64,000 nucleotides of DNA from an uncultured delta proteobacterium (GCA_963790475.1 CAWBOS010000012.1:800001-864000); one strand, 5' to 3'; numbered from the stretch's first letter, positions 50,370-60,926 are shown. Notes: generated by a model from the letters alone, not told the origin. Translations and numbers: made by a program.

Positions 50370-50882
50370 ATGTTAAAAAAATTAATCGATAAGGCCCAGT
50401 TCAAATCACTCTGGGTCTACCATGCCAATACGGGTGCCTGCAATGGCTGTGATATCGAGGTGATTAATGTCTTGACCCCCTATTATGATGCGGAACGTTT
50501 TGGAATCAAGCTGGTTGGCTCACCCCGTCATGCCGATGTTTTGCTGGTTTCGGGCCCGGTGACCCGACAGGTGGCCCCGGCCTTGCTTAGGCTTTATGAG
50601 GCCGTCCCCAGTCCAAAATTGGTGTTTGCCATCGGGGGCTGCCCTTCAGGAGGAGGAATGTTTTTTGACAGTTATGCCACCTTGGGGGGGTTGAACAAAG
50701 TCATCCCGGTTGACTTTTATATTCCCGGATGCCCGCCCAGGCCAGAGGCGATCCTCTATGGCGTAGCCGTGGCCTTAGGTCTGGCCCCTAAAAAAACGGC
50801 CCCCATCATGTCTTCCCAGGTCTTTCCGGAGGAGATTCTTCAAAAAATCGAACAAGGGGAATTAATCCATGAACAAAAATAG
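50370..50882 (+). CDS. Group 4 hydrogenase small subunit HyfI/HycG (NuoB-like)
   Basis: GACNGCDIE, SPRHADVLLVSG, GGC and PGCPPRP motifs. Confidence 0.92.
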   Translation: MLKKLIDKAQFKSLWVYHANTGACNGCDIEVINVLTPYYDAERFGIKLVGSPRHADVLLVSGPVTRQVAPALLRLYEAVPSPKLVFAIGGCPSGGGMFFDSYATLGGLNKVIPVDFYIPGCPPRPEAILYGVAVALGLAPKKTAPIMSSQVFPEEILQKIEQGELIHEQK

Positions 50883-51810
50883 AATCCTCTCTTATTGGGC
50901 AACCGCCGTTTTTATTGTGGCCTTTTTGGGATTGGGGGTCGGCTGTAAAATGGCTAAACCCTATAAAGGAGAGGCAAAGATTCTGGTTGCTCCTGCTCCT
51001 TTTTCCCTTTCCATGGTAGAGGCCCGATTTTTATTTTTAACCGATTACTTGACGGAACAAACGGGTTGGAAGATAGAAACTGTCGTCGCCCCCTCCAGCC
51101 TGGATGAGTTTCTTAAAATACTTAGCGCTCAAAAGATAGCCTTTTCCTTTCAAAACCCTTATTTCTATCTCTATCTGGCCGAAAAACACGGGGCAGTCCC
51201 CTTAGTCAAGACCGTCTCTCTGGACGGCTTAACGGAATTCCGGGGGATGATTATCGCCCAAGAAAAAAGTCCCATCAAATCGCCGGGTGATTTGATCGGC
51301 AAAAAAATCCTGGTTTCCGATCGTAACTCTGTGGGTGGATTTTTAGCCCAATATATGCTTCTCAAGGATTTTGGATTGGATCCGGAAAAAGAATTGATTT
51401 TTTCATTCGGAGACACACAGGAAAAAATAATGGAAAAGGTGGCCTTGGGGCAGGCGGAAGTAGGATTTATCCGGGAAGATGTGCTTCAGTCCATGATCCG
51501 GGCCAAGGGGAGCATGACCGGAGTGAAGGTCATCGCCTTAACCCCTTTCCATCCTACCCATTGTCTGGTGAGCTACCCCAAGACGGATCCGGTTCTGAGC
51601 GAAAAGGTAAAAACAGCCCTACTAAATTTAACTCCCGAGAATCCTTCCCATCGATTTATCCTGGAACGTTTGAGGATTTCCAGATTTACCCAGGCTTCCG
51701 CTGAAGAATACCAGACCTTCAAGAAGGTCCTTATGCTCCACGGGCTTTTCGTTCCTGGTCCGCTCTCTAAGTTGAAAGAGCAGGAGACAAAAGGTGATCC
51801 CGGTCTTTAA
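50869..51810 (+). CDS. PhnD-type (phosphate/phosphite/phosphonate family) substrate-binding lipoprotein
   Basis: Lipobox (LGVGC); FRGMIIA..SPIKS..DL.GK and D.NSVGGFLA motifs; overlaps the small-subunit gene. Confidence 0.75.
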   Translation: MNKNRILSYWATAVFIVAFLGLGVGCKMAKPYKGEAKILVAPAPFSLSMVEARFLFLTDYLTEQTGWKIETVVAPSSLDEFLKILSAQKIAFSFQNPYFYLYLAEKHGAVPLVKTVSLDGLTEFRGMIIAQEKSPIKSPGDLIGKKILVSDRNSVGGFLAQYMLLKDFGLDPEKELIFSFGDTQEKIMEKVALGQAEVGFIREDVLQSMIRAKGSMTGVKVIALTPFHPTHCLVSYPKTDPVLSEKVKTALLNLTPENPSHRFILERLRISRFTQASAEEYQTFKKVLMLHGLFVPGPLSKLKEQETKGDPGL

Positions 51811-51822
51811 AAAGAGAAAAAA

Positions 51823-52347
51823 ATGCCGGACCATTACCCCCCGGACCTGAAAACCCTGGAGTCCTTTATTCATCCTTCCTATCCGGGTCGTGTCGTCACT
51901 CTGGGAGTAGGGAATCGGCTTCTGGGGGATGATGGAACCGGGCCTGAACTGGTGACCAGACTCAAAGAAAACTGGGAAGGGAGTGAAATACAGGACGATT
52001 TAAGGGGCAACCGATTTTTTATCGATGCAGAAGAAAATCCGGAGGATTGGTTTATCAGGGTCCTCGAACTTCAGCCGGCGGTCATCATAGTAATCGATGC
52101 CGTGGCCATGCAGGCCGAACCAGGGAGTGTGGCCGTGCTTGAGGCCCAGGCCTTGCCGGAAAGTCTCCTCTATTCCACTCATCGTTTGTCCCTCAGAAGT
52201 CTTCTTCAACTCTGGGAGGAAAACGGCTGCCGGGCCCTGGTCCTGGCCATCCAGCCGGAAACCCTGAACATCGGCCAAGGATTGTCTCTACGGGTAAAAG
52301 AGAGTATTAATCAACTTATCCATTTTCTTTCCCCCTGGTCACCTTAA
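51823..52347 (+). CDS. hycI: Hydrogenase maturation endopeptidase (HycI-like)
   Basis: LGVGNRLLGDDG.G, PE, IDA, STH.L.L and IQP motifs. Confidence 0.85.
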   Translation: MPDHYPPDLKTLESFIHPSYPGRVVTLGVGNRLLGDDGTGPELVTRLKENWEGSEIQDDLRGNRFFIDAEENPEDWFIRVLELQPAVIIVIDAVAMQAEPGSVAVLEAQALPESLLYSTHRLSLRSLLQLWEENGCRALVLAIQPETLNIGQGLSLRVKESINQLIHFLSPWSP

Positions 52348-52470
52348 TTATCTACTAAACCTTTGGAGTCTCAGCCCAGTCCCATCTGAAACAATTTAAA
52401 GCCCGCCCAACCATTCCTGATTGACTTTCTTTCGTTCGTTGATAATATATGAATCAAGAAATATCATGAA

Positions 52471-52588
52471 CAGGTTGCTGAAACCGGGAACCCACCCCGA
52501 AGAGGGGGGAGTGAGCCGCGACGTGGGGCGAACAATAAGGCTCATCTATCCCGCGGCGGGATTGCCCTAAACCTTTTTGAGCAACCCG
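52471..52588. repeat. Divergent third MITE-like copy
   Basis: Ends caggttgctgaaa ... tttttgagcaacccg; interior partly related in reverse orientation. Confidence 0.55.
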
Positions 52589-52644
52589 TGAAATAGAGTT
52601 TTACCACATTCTGTTAAGGTGTGTTAGGGAAAAGGGATCATACC

Positions 52645-53070
52645 ATGGACGAGGAAACGAAAAAAAATCCATCGGACCGCGTTCAAAACCGCCGGGTCCA
52701 CATGGCCAACGAACGGACCTTTCTGGCCTGGATCAGGACCAGCATCGGCATCATGGCCTTTGGGTTTGTGGTGGAAAAGTTCGCCCTCTTTGTCAGGCAG
52801 ATGAGCCAGTATCTATCCCTTACCGCCGGGAGAGAATCGGTTCCCTTTTCTTCTCTTCCGAAGAGCCCGGGGTATTCTTCCATTATTGGGGTGATTCTTA
52901 TCGGTCTCGGGGCCCTGATGGGGTTTTTGGCTTTCATTCGCTATAAAAAAGTTGAAAGGCAGATTGATGAGGATACCTTTCGCCCTTCTCTGATCCTGGA
53001 TATACTGCTGACGATTTCCATCGTTTCCGTAGGATTTTTCCTGATTATTTATTTGAGTCATATTTTTTGA
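52645..53070 (+). CDS. DUF202/YidH family inner-membrane protein
   Basis: HMANERTFLAWIRTS motif. Confidence 0.92.
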   Translation: MDEETKKNPSDRVQNRRVHMANERTFLAWIRTSIGIMAFGFVVEKFALFVRQMSQYLSLTAGRESVPFSSLPKSPGYSSIIGVILIGLGALMGFLAFIRYKKVERQIDEDTFRPSLILDILLTISIVSVGFFLIIYLSHIF

Positions 53071-53130
53071 TGACCAGATCTCCATATCATTGGACCTTGG
53101 ACTCATTGAAGAAGATGGGGGAAACCGATT

Positions 53131-53412
53131 ATGTTGGAATCCAAGAAAAAGATGGCCCAAAGTTTTTCCGATTTGAAGGTGGCCATGGAAAAGGGGAAAG
53201 GAAATCCCAAAGATTTTTTTTCCGTTTTTGAGCAAGGCTGCCGGGAATTTGCTCAGGAAACCCAGAAAGTCTCCCAGGAGGATCCGGGAACTTTCCTTGA
53301 TCTGGTCAGGCGGATGGCGCAGAAAATTGAAGGTGGAGACACCCCGGCTGTATTTGAATTGATGGACAAAATGAAAGGGCTGAAAAAATCCTGCCATGAA
53401 AAATATAAATAG
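53131..53412 (+). CDS. Small helical protein ending KKSCHEKYK (XXXCH-domain-like)
   Basis: Four-helix pattern; N-terminal KKKMAQSF; C-terminal single-Cys xxxCH motif. Confidence 0.6.
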   Translation: MLESKKKMAQSFSDLKVAMEKGKGNPKDFFSVFEQGCREFAQETQKVSQEDPGTFLDLVRRMAQKIEGGDTPAVFELMDKMKGLKKSCHEKYK

Positions 53413-54097
53413 AAAAGTCGGGGCTCTATTTTTTTTCTTGATGGTGTTTGTGTTATGGGCCAAAGTTCCGGACCTTTTGGCCATGGGGGCCAACAACGGA
53501 GGGTCCCCCCCCCAAAGCCAATCGCTAAAGCCCTCTGCTCCCGGTTTGGAAAACATTCAGGTCGTCGTGCCGGCCGGGACACTGATGAAGGTCCAATTGA
53601 ATCAATCCATACGCACTTCGACCCATCGGAGCGGGCAGTCTTTTTTCGTCACTCTAAAGGAGCCGGTTGTGATTGGGGGAAAAGAAATGGTTCAGGCCGG
53701 GGTTCCCTTCTTCGGTGTTATTTCCCAATCCCGGGAATCCGGACATCTTAGCGGCAGTGCCTTGATTGAACTCCAATTGACGCGGATTATTATGCCCGAC
53801 GGAACAATTTTGCCCATAAGTACCGAAACCTTCAAAAAAGTAGGCCAGGCCCATTTTCTGCGGAACATCGGTTTGATCGGGATAGGGACCATCCTGGGGG
53901 CCGGTTTGGGGAATCTTTTGGGACAGATTCCCGGGGCCCTGATAGGGATCGGTACCGGGGGAGGGACCGGGGCTGTTCTGGCCTATGTGACCGGGAAAGA
54001 GGATTTATTTATTAAGGCCGGAACCGAACTGGGATTCAAAATAGCTCGCCCCTTTACAATCTCAATTCAGCCCACTTTCGCTATTCCATCGAAGTAA
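53396..54097 (+). CDS. Hypothetical exported protein (TrbI/VirB10-like beta domain with glycine zipper)
   Basis: Signal peptide; VPAGT...L.Q.I.T; GxxxG repeats; GTEL.F. Confidence 0.6.
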   Translation: MKNINRKVGALFFFLMVFVLWAKVPDLLAMGANNGGSPPQSQSLKPSAPGLENIQVVVPAGTLMKVQLNQSIRTSTHRSGQSFFVTLKEPVVIGGKEMVQAGVPFFGVISQSRESGHLSGSALIELQLTRIIMPDGTILPISTETFKKVGQAHFLRNIGLIGIGTILGAGLGNLLGQIPGALIGIGTGGGTGAVLAYVTGKEDLFIKAGTELGFKIARPFTISIQPTFAIPSK

Positions 54098-54197
54098 TTC
54101 GGTAAAATTGATGGACTCGTAAAAAGTCCATCAACAGGCCGAGGCCAATTAAGGACTTGACATAAAGCCTTCATCAATTTATTTTGACACCAGGGGG

Positions 54198-54665
54198 ATG
54201 GAGGAAAACAGTCTGAATGAATTCATGACCATGGCCCTAAGGGAGGCCGAAAAGGCCGGCCTTGAAGACGAGGTTCCCGTGGGAGCGGTTTTGATCTGCT
54301 CTGGCGGGGAGGTCCTGGCTGCTGATCATAACCGGACCAGACAGTTGAACGATCCAACGGCCCATGCCGAAATTTTAGTTTTAAGAAGAGCCGCCCATGT
54401 TCTAAATAATTTTCGGCTGCCGGAAACGACATTGTTCGTTACCATCGAACCCTGCTTGATGTGTGCCGGAGCAATGGTCCAGGCCCGTGTGGATCGGGTT
54501 GTTTTTGGAACGGCTGATCCCAAGGCCGGTGCTTTAGGGTCCCTTTGTGATGTTTCCAAGGATAAGCGATTGAATCATCGCTTTGAGGTGGTTTCAGGGG
54601 TCCTGGAAACGGAATGCCGGGACCTGATTCAAAAATTTTTTAATAACAAGCGCGGCAAGTTATAA
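54198..54665 (+). CDS. tadA: tRNA adenosine(34) deaminase
   Basis: EVPVGAV, DPTAHAE and TIEPCLMCAGA motifs. Confidence 0.93.
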   Translation: MEENSLNEFMTMALREAEKAGLEDEVPVGAVLICSGGEVLAADHNRTRQLNDPTAHAEILVLRRAAHVLNNFRLPETTLFVTIEPCLMCAGAMVQARVDRVVFGTADPKAGALGSLCDVSKDKRLNHRFEVVSGVLETECRDLIQKFFNNKRGKL

Positions 54666-54737
54666 ATATACTTAAAATCCTCTGTGAGATGGGAAAAAAG
54701 TTTTCGCTGAACGCCGAACGTTATTTCTAAAATTTAC

Positions 54738-54831
<94 letters not shown>

Positions 54832-54989
54832 ATAACTTATTGATTTTATTAAGTCCGACTCCCTAAAAATAGTTTAGATAATGTTTAGATAAAGGTTAAA
54901 CAAAAGACTTTATCCGACGTCATAAATCATCCTCCATCCCTCCAAATAAAATGACTAATACCGATCAGGGCAACAAGAAAAAGAACACA

Positions 54990-55037
54990 TGACTCTTAAT
55001 CAGTAGGTCGACGGTTCGATCCCGCCACGGCCCACCA
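54990..55037 (+). other. 3'-half tRNA-Lys(CTT)-like fragment (att-site remnant)
   Basis: tga-CT CTT AA-tca gtaggtc gacgGTTCGATCccgc cacggccc ACCA; no 5' half. Confidence 0.65.
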
Positions 55038-55283
55038 CATTTCAATAAGTTACAAAGATTATATTTTTAGTTTGGTGGAAATGGTGGCTATTTGGTGGCA
55101 ATAAATTAAATCCATCGATAGTCATCATTTTAACCAAATAATCCAGTCATTTTTATTTCTTTTTCCTCTTTCTGTACTTCCACCATTTTTTATGATAGAG
55201 AAAATATCTATTAAGGTTGGGGCCAAGTTAATCTTCTATCTCCGGCAAATAAATTTTGAATAGGCTAAAAAGATGCATACACA

Positions 55284-55328
55284 TTCCTAATCTGTAGGCC
55301 GTGAGTTCAAGTCCCGCCGGGGGCACCA
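55284..55328 (+). other. 3'-half tRNA-Arg(CCT)-like fragment (att-site remnant)
   Basis: TT CCT AA tctgt aggcc gtgaGTTCAAGTcccgc cgggggc ACCA; no 5' half. Confidence 0.6.
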
Positions 55329-55778
55329 TAAAAATCAACAAACTACAAAGTAATCTAATAAATTAATAAAATTTGAGTGGCAATGGGTGGCGAAAATTAT
55401 GGTTTTGCAACCCTGAATAAACGATTTAGGCCGCATAGCCCCCAGCCATTCGTACACTTTGGGCGCGCACCGGTAACCGCAAAAGCAAAATACACAGATC
55501 CCCCCCACCAAACCTTTTCCGGCCTGACCAGCCGGTTAAATCCCAATTATAGGTTCGAACCTTATTAGTTTAACCAAGTAACTAATTGAAAATACAATAA
55601 TTTAATTTATTAATAACTTTCCCAACATTGCTAAGTGACAAGTCCAACCAGCTCCTAAAGAATCAAATCATTTTTCTCCTTTTTATCCGCTATGGAATTC
55701 AATAGGCAGGCGGTTTAATCCTCTTGCGCCTCCATCATTTTCTATGATAAATAGTTAATTATTTATTAAAGTAGGACA

Positions 55779-55824
55779 GTAGGTTCGATCATACCCACTC
55801 GGCCAATAACTTATTGATTTTATT
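55779..55824 (+). repeat. Degenerate direct repeat of the tRNA-Ser 3' end and its downstream flank (att-like)
   Basis: gtaggttcgatcatacccactcg-gccaataacttattgattttatt versus gtgggttcgaatcccaccctctcc-gccaataacttattgattttatt at 54804-54850. Confidence 0.7.
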
Positions 55825-55925
55825 TAAGCTGAACAGGTCAAATCGGGTAATAGTTTGGATAGGTTAATCATTTTCAGTGCAAATCTCATAAACGTATTGT
55901 TTTTATATGACATATTGAGGGGAAA

Positions 55926-56963
55926 ATGCGGACGGCATCAGTAATAGATTTATTTTGTGGCGTTGGTGGAATGACGTACGGATTCGTACAAGAAGGCTTC
56001 AACGTCATAGCCGGGATTGATATTGATCCGACTTGCGCATACGCCTACGAAAAAAACAATGGCGCAAAATTCATCCTCAAGGATATTGAAAACCTGACCG
56101 GTGATGACATTGTCGAACTATTTCCTGAAAATGATATTAAAATCCTTATCGGTTGTGCACCATGCCAACCCTTTTCCAAATATACCAATAAAAAAACTGA
56201 AGGCAACGAATGGAAATTGGTACGGAGTTTTGGAGAATTGATTAAGTGCGTGAAACCCGATATCGTCTCAATGGAAAACGTTCCTCAATTGGAGAATCAC
56301 AGGGTCTTTAATGAATTTTTGAATGTTCTTGAGGAGATGGACTTCTATTTCTCCTGGAGTACTGTCGACTGTGTCAGATATGGTGTCCCGCAAACTCGCA
56401 AAAGGTTGGTACTTTTCGCTTCCAAATTCGGAAAGATTAAAATAATCAACAAAACCCACTCTCTCCAAAGACAAAAGACAGTTGCTCATGTAATCCGAAA
56501 ATTGAAACCTGTCGTTGCGGGGGAGGTGAATTCTGCAGATCCTCTCCATAGAGCAAGCAGGTTGACTGATTTGAATTTGAGGAGGATCATGAACACACCC
56601 TCTGGTGGAGGATGGAAGGACTGGCCGGATGAATTGGTCCTGCAATGTCATAAAAAAGAAACCGGGAGACACTATTCGGGTGTCTATGGGAGAATGTCAT
56701 GGGAGCAGCCAGCTCCAACTATGACTACTCAATGCTATGGGTTGGGAAACGGGAGGTTCGGTCATCCAGAACAGAACAGGGCCATATCACTGAGAGAAGC
56801 GGCTTTGTTTCAAACTTTTCCAAAAAAATATGAATTCTTTCCACCAGGAGCCGAAGTCCATTTTAAAATTATTGGGAAACAGATAGGTAATGCGGTCCCG
56901 GTTCGCTTGGGCAGGATTGTCGCGAGGAGCATAAAGAAACATTTAGAGGTGTGTCATGTCTAA
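55926..56963 (+). CDS. DNA (cytosine-5)-methyltransferase
   Basis: DLFCGVGG, APCQPFS, MENV, QTRKR and QIGNAVP motifs. Confidence 0.95.
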   Translation: MRTASVIDLFCGVGGMTYGFVQEGFNVIAGIDIDPTCAYAYEKNNGAKFILKDIENLTGDDIVELFPENDIKILIGCAPCQPFSKYTNKKTEGNEWKLVRSFGELIKCVKPDIVSMENVPQLENHRVFNEFLNVLEEMDFYFSWSTVDCVRYGVPQTRKRLVLFASKFGKIKIINKTHSLQRQKTVAHVIRKLKPVVAGEVNSADPLHRASRLTDLNLRRIMNTPSGGGWKDWPDELVLQCHKKETGRHYSGVYGRMSWEQPAPTMTTQCYGLGNGRFGHPEQNRAISLREAALFQTFPKKYEFFPPGAEVHFKIIGKQIGNAVPVRLGRIVARSIKKHLEVCHV

Positions 56964-58909
56964 CAATCCCGAATATTTGTTGACAATAGATCTAAATACA
57001 TTGAATCATTTGGGTATTGGGCTTTATAGCAATATACCCGCTGTGCTCTCGGAAGTAGTCGCAAATTCATGGGATGCCGATGCTTCTAAGGTCGAAATCA
57101 ATATCGATAAAAGAAAAAAAATTATAACGATATCAGATGATGGCTGGGGCATGGCCAAAGAAGACATAAACAAAAAATATTTGAAAGTTGGATATGCCAA
57201 AAGAGAAAATGAACCGCCAATAACTCCGAAAGGAAGGCATGTTTTTGGACGTAAAGGGATAGGGAAATTATCCCTTTTTTCAATAGCGGATACTATTGAG
57301 GTCCATAGCATAAAAACAGATAAAAAGAAAACAATTGAAAAAAATGGGTTCATTATGAATGCCCAGAAAATAGCAGAGGAGATAAAAAGGGTCGATGGTG
57401 TATATGCCCCCATACCCGTAGAGAAGAAAAAAATCACTATTGAAAAAGGAACTAAAATCGTTCTCAGTGACCTCAAAAAAAGTTTGGGACTGGTGGAAAG
57501 TTTTTTAAGAAGGCGTATAGCGAGACGATTCGCTATAATCGGAGAAGAACATGATTTTTCTGTAATCATTAACAATAACCCGATAACGGTCGAAGATAGA
57601 GATTATTTTAAAAATTTAGAATATTTGTGGTGTATCGGAGAGGGGAGCGAAAAATATCTTAATTCCTGCCCGAAATGCAAAAAACATACAAAATTGGATG
57701 GCATAATAGACCCAACAAAAGATTTTAAAATTACAGGTTGGGTGGGAACTTTCGACGAACAAAAGAGCATTGAAGAAGGAAACAATACTATCGCAGTCAT
57801 GGCTTGGGGAAAACTCATCCATGAGGATATTCTAAAGGACTTGAAAGAAGGCGGGATTTTCACGAAATACATAATAGGTGAAATACGAGCCGATTTTCTT
57901 GATTTTGATGAAGAGGAGGATATATCTACAAGCAATCGCCAAAGTGTCAAAGAAGATGATCCGAGATTTCAAGTTTTAAAAAAGTACGTCCAAGAAAACA
58001 TCCTAAAAGAAATTCAAAACAAATGGCGAGATTGGAGAAACGAAGATGCCGAAAGAAAGGCTCTGGAGAATCCAAAAATTAAAGAATGGTTCGAACAGTT
58101 AACCAGGGACAACAAAAAGTATGCTCGATTACTTTTTGGAAAAATCGAAGCATTTCCGATTCAGGACCAAGCCTATAAAAAAGAACTTTATAAACATAGT
58201 ATTCTTGCCTTTGAAACTTTAGCTCTTAAAGACAATTTGAGCGCATTGAAGAAAGTGGACACAGAAGAAAATTTGGAACTGCTTACCTCGATTTTCAATG
58301 ATATGGATGAACTTGAAGCGGTCCACTATTGGCAGATCACAAAAGGAAGGGTCGAAGTTTTGAAAAAATTTCAAGACATCGCGCCTACCGCGCAAGAAAA
58401 AATTATTCAAAAGTATATATATGATCATCTATGGCTCTTAGAATCCTTCTTGGGAAAGGGCCAGTACAGATGAAAAGATGGAAGAATCTGTCAACAAGGA
58501 ATGGAAAAAAATCGGTGCGAAACTATCCGAAGAAGAAAAAAAAGGCAGAATTGATATAAGGTATAAAACAGCAGCCGGTAAGCATATAATAATTGAACTT
58601 AAGAAGTATGATAGGGCCGTAACCGCGACCGAACTCGTGGACCAGATAGTGAAATACAAGGATGCTTTAGAAAAATGTTTGGAAAAGGCGTACCCTGGGG
58701 ATCGACAAATTATAGAGGTTATTTGTATCCTGGGACAACCTCCGAAACCCCCTGGAAAAGAAAAAATGAACACTGAAATATTGATGGCAGCCGATGCGAG
58801 ATATATCACATATGACCTGCTTATACGGCAAACGCGAGAGAGTTACCAGGACTATCTTAATAAAGAAAAAGAAATTTCTCGAATTCAAAGCTTGATCGAA
58901 AGCCTCTGA
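56956..58909 (+). pseudogene. GHKL (HSP90/MORC-like) ATPase-endonuclease, HgiDII-like restriction enzyme, with a +1 frameshift at about 58442
   Basis: EVVANSWDA, DDGWGM and GRKGIGK GHKL motifs. Deleting one A in gaat (58441-58444) restores HLWLLDPSWERAST and joins the PD-(D/E)xK-like RIDI...IIELK domain. Confidence 0.8.
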
Positions 58910-58962
58910 ATATTCTACGCCTTGATTTCTGGCTTCCTATCTCAAGTTTTGTTTTATAAAAT

Positions 58963-59385
58963 ATGGTCGATCATCTTACTCCAGAACAACGTTCCCGCGC
59001 CATGTCGAATGTTAAAACAAAAGATGGTCGTCTGGAACGAATAGTCCGATCAGCACTTCATAAACGTGGCTTCAGATTTAGAAAACATATAAAAAATCTT
59101 CCGGGCACCCCTGATATTGTATTTCCTAAAGCGAAAATAGCCGTATTCATTGATGGGGATTTTTGGCATGGATTCCGTTTTCCCGAGTGGGAATACAAGC
59201 TTACGGAATTTTGGAGAAATAAAATCATAACAAACAGAAAACGAGATCAAAAAAATTTTAGAAAATTAAGAAGAATGGGATGGCGAGTGTTAAGGATTTG
59301 GCAACACGAAATTGAAAAAAATACGGAATCTTGTGTCATGAAGATTATATCAGAAATCATTAATGTCAGAACAAGTTCCGTTTAA
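58963..59385 (+). CDS. vsr: Very short patch repair endonuclease
   Basis: RSRAMS, LPGTPDI, FIDGDFWHG and GWRVLRIWQHE motifs. Confidence 0.95.
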   Translation: MVDHLTPEQRSRAMSNVKTKDGRLERIVRSALHKRGFRFRKHIKNLPGTPDIVFPKAKIAVFIDGDFWHGFRFPEWEYKLTEFWRNKIITNRKRDQKNFRKLRRMGWRVLRIWQHEIEKNTESCVMKIISEIINVRTSSV

Positions 59386-59471
59386 GAATATTCGGCGGGA
59401 ACGGTCCCAATTGTTATCCCGCAAGAGACGGAGCAAAAAACGAAAATGACTGCGTAGAGAATAGGCACTTT

Positions 59472-60926
59472 ATGTTCGAACAAACCTTCAAAAACATCGA
59501 TGACGTCCTCTGGAAAGAGGCGGGATGCACCACCGAATTGGACTACACCGAGCAGACTTCCTGGCTGCTGTTTCTGAAATACATAGACGATCTGGAACAG
59601 GACAGGGCCATGGAGGCCGAATTGGAGGGGAAGAAATACTCTTATATTCTCGACAAGCCTTACAGGTGGCAAAGTTGGGCCGCGCCTAAGGGAAAAGATG
59701 GCAAGCTCGACCACAACAAGGCCCTTATCGGCGACGACCTCCTCGACTTCGTTAACCAGAAACTTTTCCGCTACCTGCAAGGCTTCAAGCAGAAGGCCAG
59801 CGGGCCGAACACCATCGAATATAAGATCGGCGAAATCTTCGGCGAGATCAAAAACAAGATCAGCAGTGGCTACAACCTGCGTGAGATCATTGATTACATT
59901 GATGAGCTGCATTTCCGCTCGCAGACCGAGAAATTCGAACTCTCGCACCTCTACGAAGCCAAGATCAAGAACATGGGTAACGCCGGGCGCAACGGCGGGG
60001 AATATTATACCCCGCGCCCGCTCATCCGCGCAATCGTGCAGGTTGTGAAACCGAGGATCGGCGAGAAGATTTATGATGGGGCCTGCGGCTCGGCGGGGTT
60101 CTTGTGCGAGTCGTTCGATTACCTCCGGTCAGGAAAGAAAATCACGACAAAGGATCTCGACACCCTCCAAAACCGAACTTTTTACGGTAAAGAAAAGAAG
60201 TCTCTCGCCTATGTCATCGCGATCATGAACATGATCCTGCACGGTATCGAGGCGCCGAACATCATTCACACCAATACCCTCTCCGAGAACCTCGCCGATA
60301 TTCAGGACAAGGACCGCTTCGACGTGGTGCTGGCCAATCCTCCCTTCGGCGGCAAGGAACGCAAGGAAGTTCAACAGAACTTCCCTATCCGTACCGGCGA
60401 GACCGCCTTTCTCTTCCTCCAGCACTTTATCAAGATCCTAAAGGCCGGTGGGCGCGGCGGCGTGGTTATCAAGAATACCTTCCTTTCCAATACCGACAAT
60501 GCCTCCGTCAGCCTTCGCAAGCTACTTCTGGAAAGCTGCAACCTCCACACCGTGCTCGACTGCCCCGGCGGTACTTTCCTGGGCGCGGGCGTGAAGACCG
60601 TGGTGCTCTTCTTCGAAAAAGGCTCGCCTACCCGCAAAATCTGGTTTTACCAGCTCGATCCGGGTCGCAATCTGGGCAAGACCAACCCTCTTAACGACGA
60701 CGACCTCGCCGAGTTCGTAAGTCTGCAAAAGATTTTCGTGGACTCTCCCAAGAGTTGGAGCGTTGAAGCCAAGACTATTGACCCTTTGACTTTTGATCTC
60801 TCAGTAAAGAACCCCAACGGCGGTGAAGAAGTGATACACCGCAGCCCTCTGACGATCATGGACGAGATTGCAATGCTGGATGCAGAGAGTGCGGTGGTAC
60901 TCGCAAATATAAGGGAGCTTCTGTGA
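59472..60926 (+). CDS. hsdM: Type I restriction-modification methyltransferase subunit M
   Basis: GEYYTPR, DGACGSAGF and LANPPF motifs. Confidence 0.95.
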   Translation: MFEQTFKNIDDVLWKEAGCTTELDYTEQTSWLLFLKYIDDLEQDRAMEAELEGKKYSYILDKPYRWQSWAAPKGKDGKLDHNKALIGDDLLDFVNQKLFRYLQGFKQKASGPNTIEYKIGEIFGEIKNKISSGYNLREIIDYIDELHFRSQTEKFELSHLYEAKIKNMGNAGRNGGEYYTPRPLIRAIVQVVKPRIGEKIYDGACGSAGFLCESFDYLRSGKKITTKDLDTLQNRTFYGKEKKSLAYVIAIMNMILHGIEAPNIIHTNTLSENLADIQDKDRFDVVLANPPFGGKERKEVQQNFPIRTGETAFLFLQHFIKILKAGGRGGVVIKNTFLSNTDNASVSLRKLLLESCNLHTVLDCPGGTFLGAGVKTVVLFFEKGSPTRKIWFYQLDPGRNLGKTNPLNDDDLAEFVSLQKIFVDSPKSWSVEAKTIDPLTFDLSVKNPNGGEEVIHRSPLTIMDEIAMLDAESAVVLANIRELL

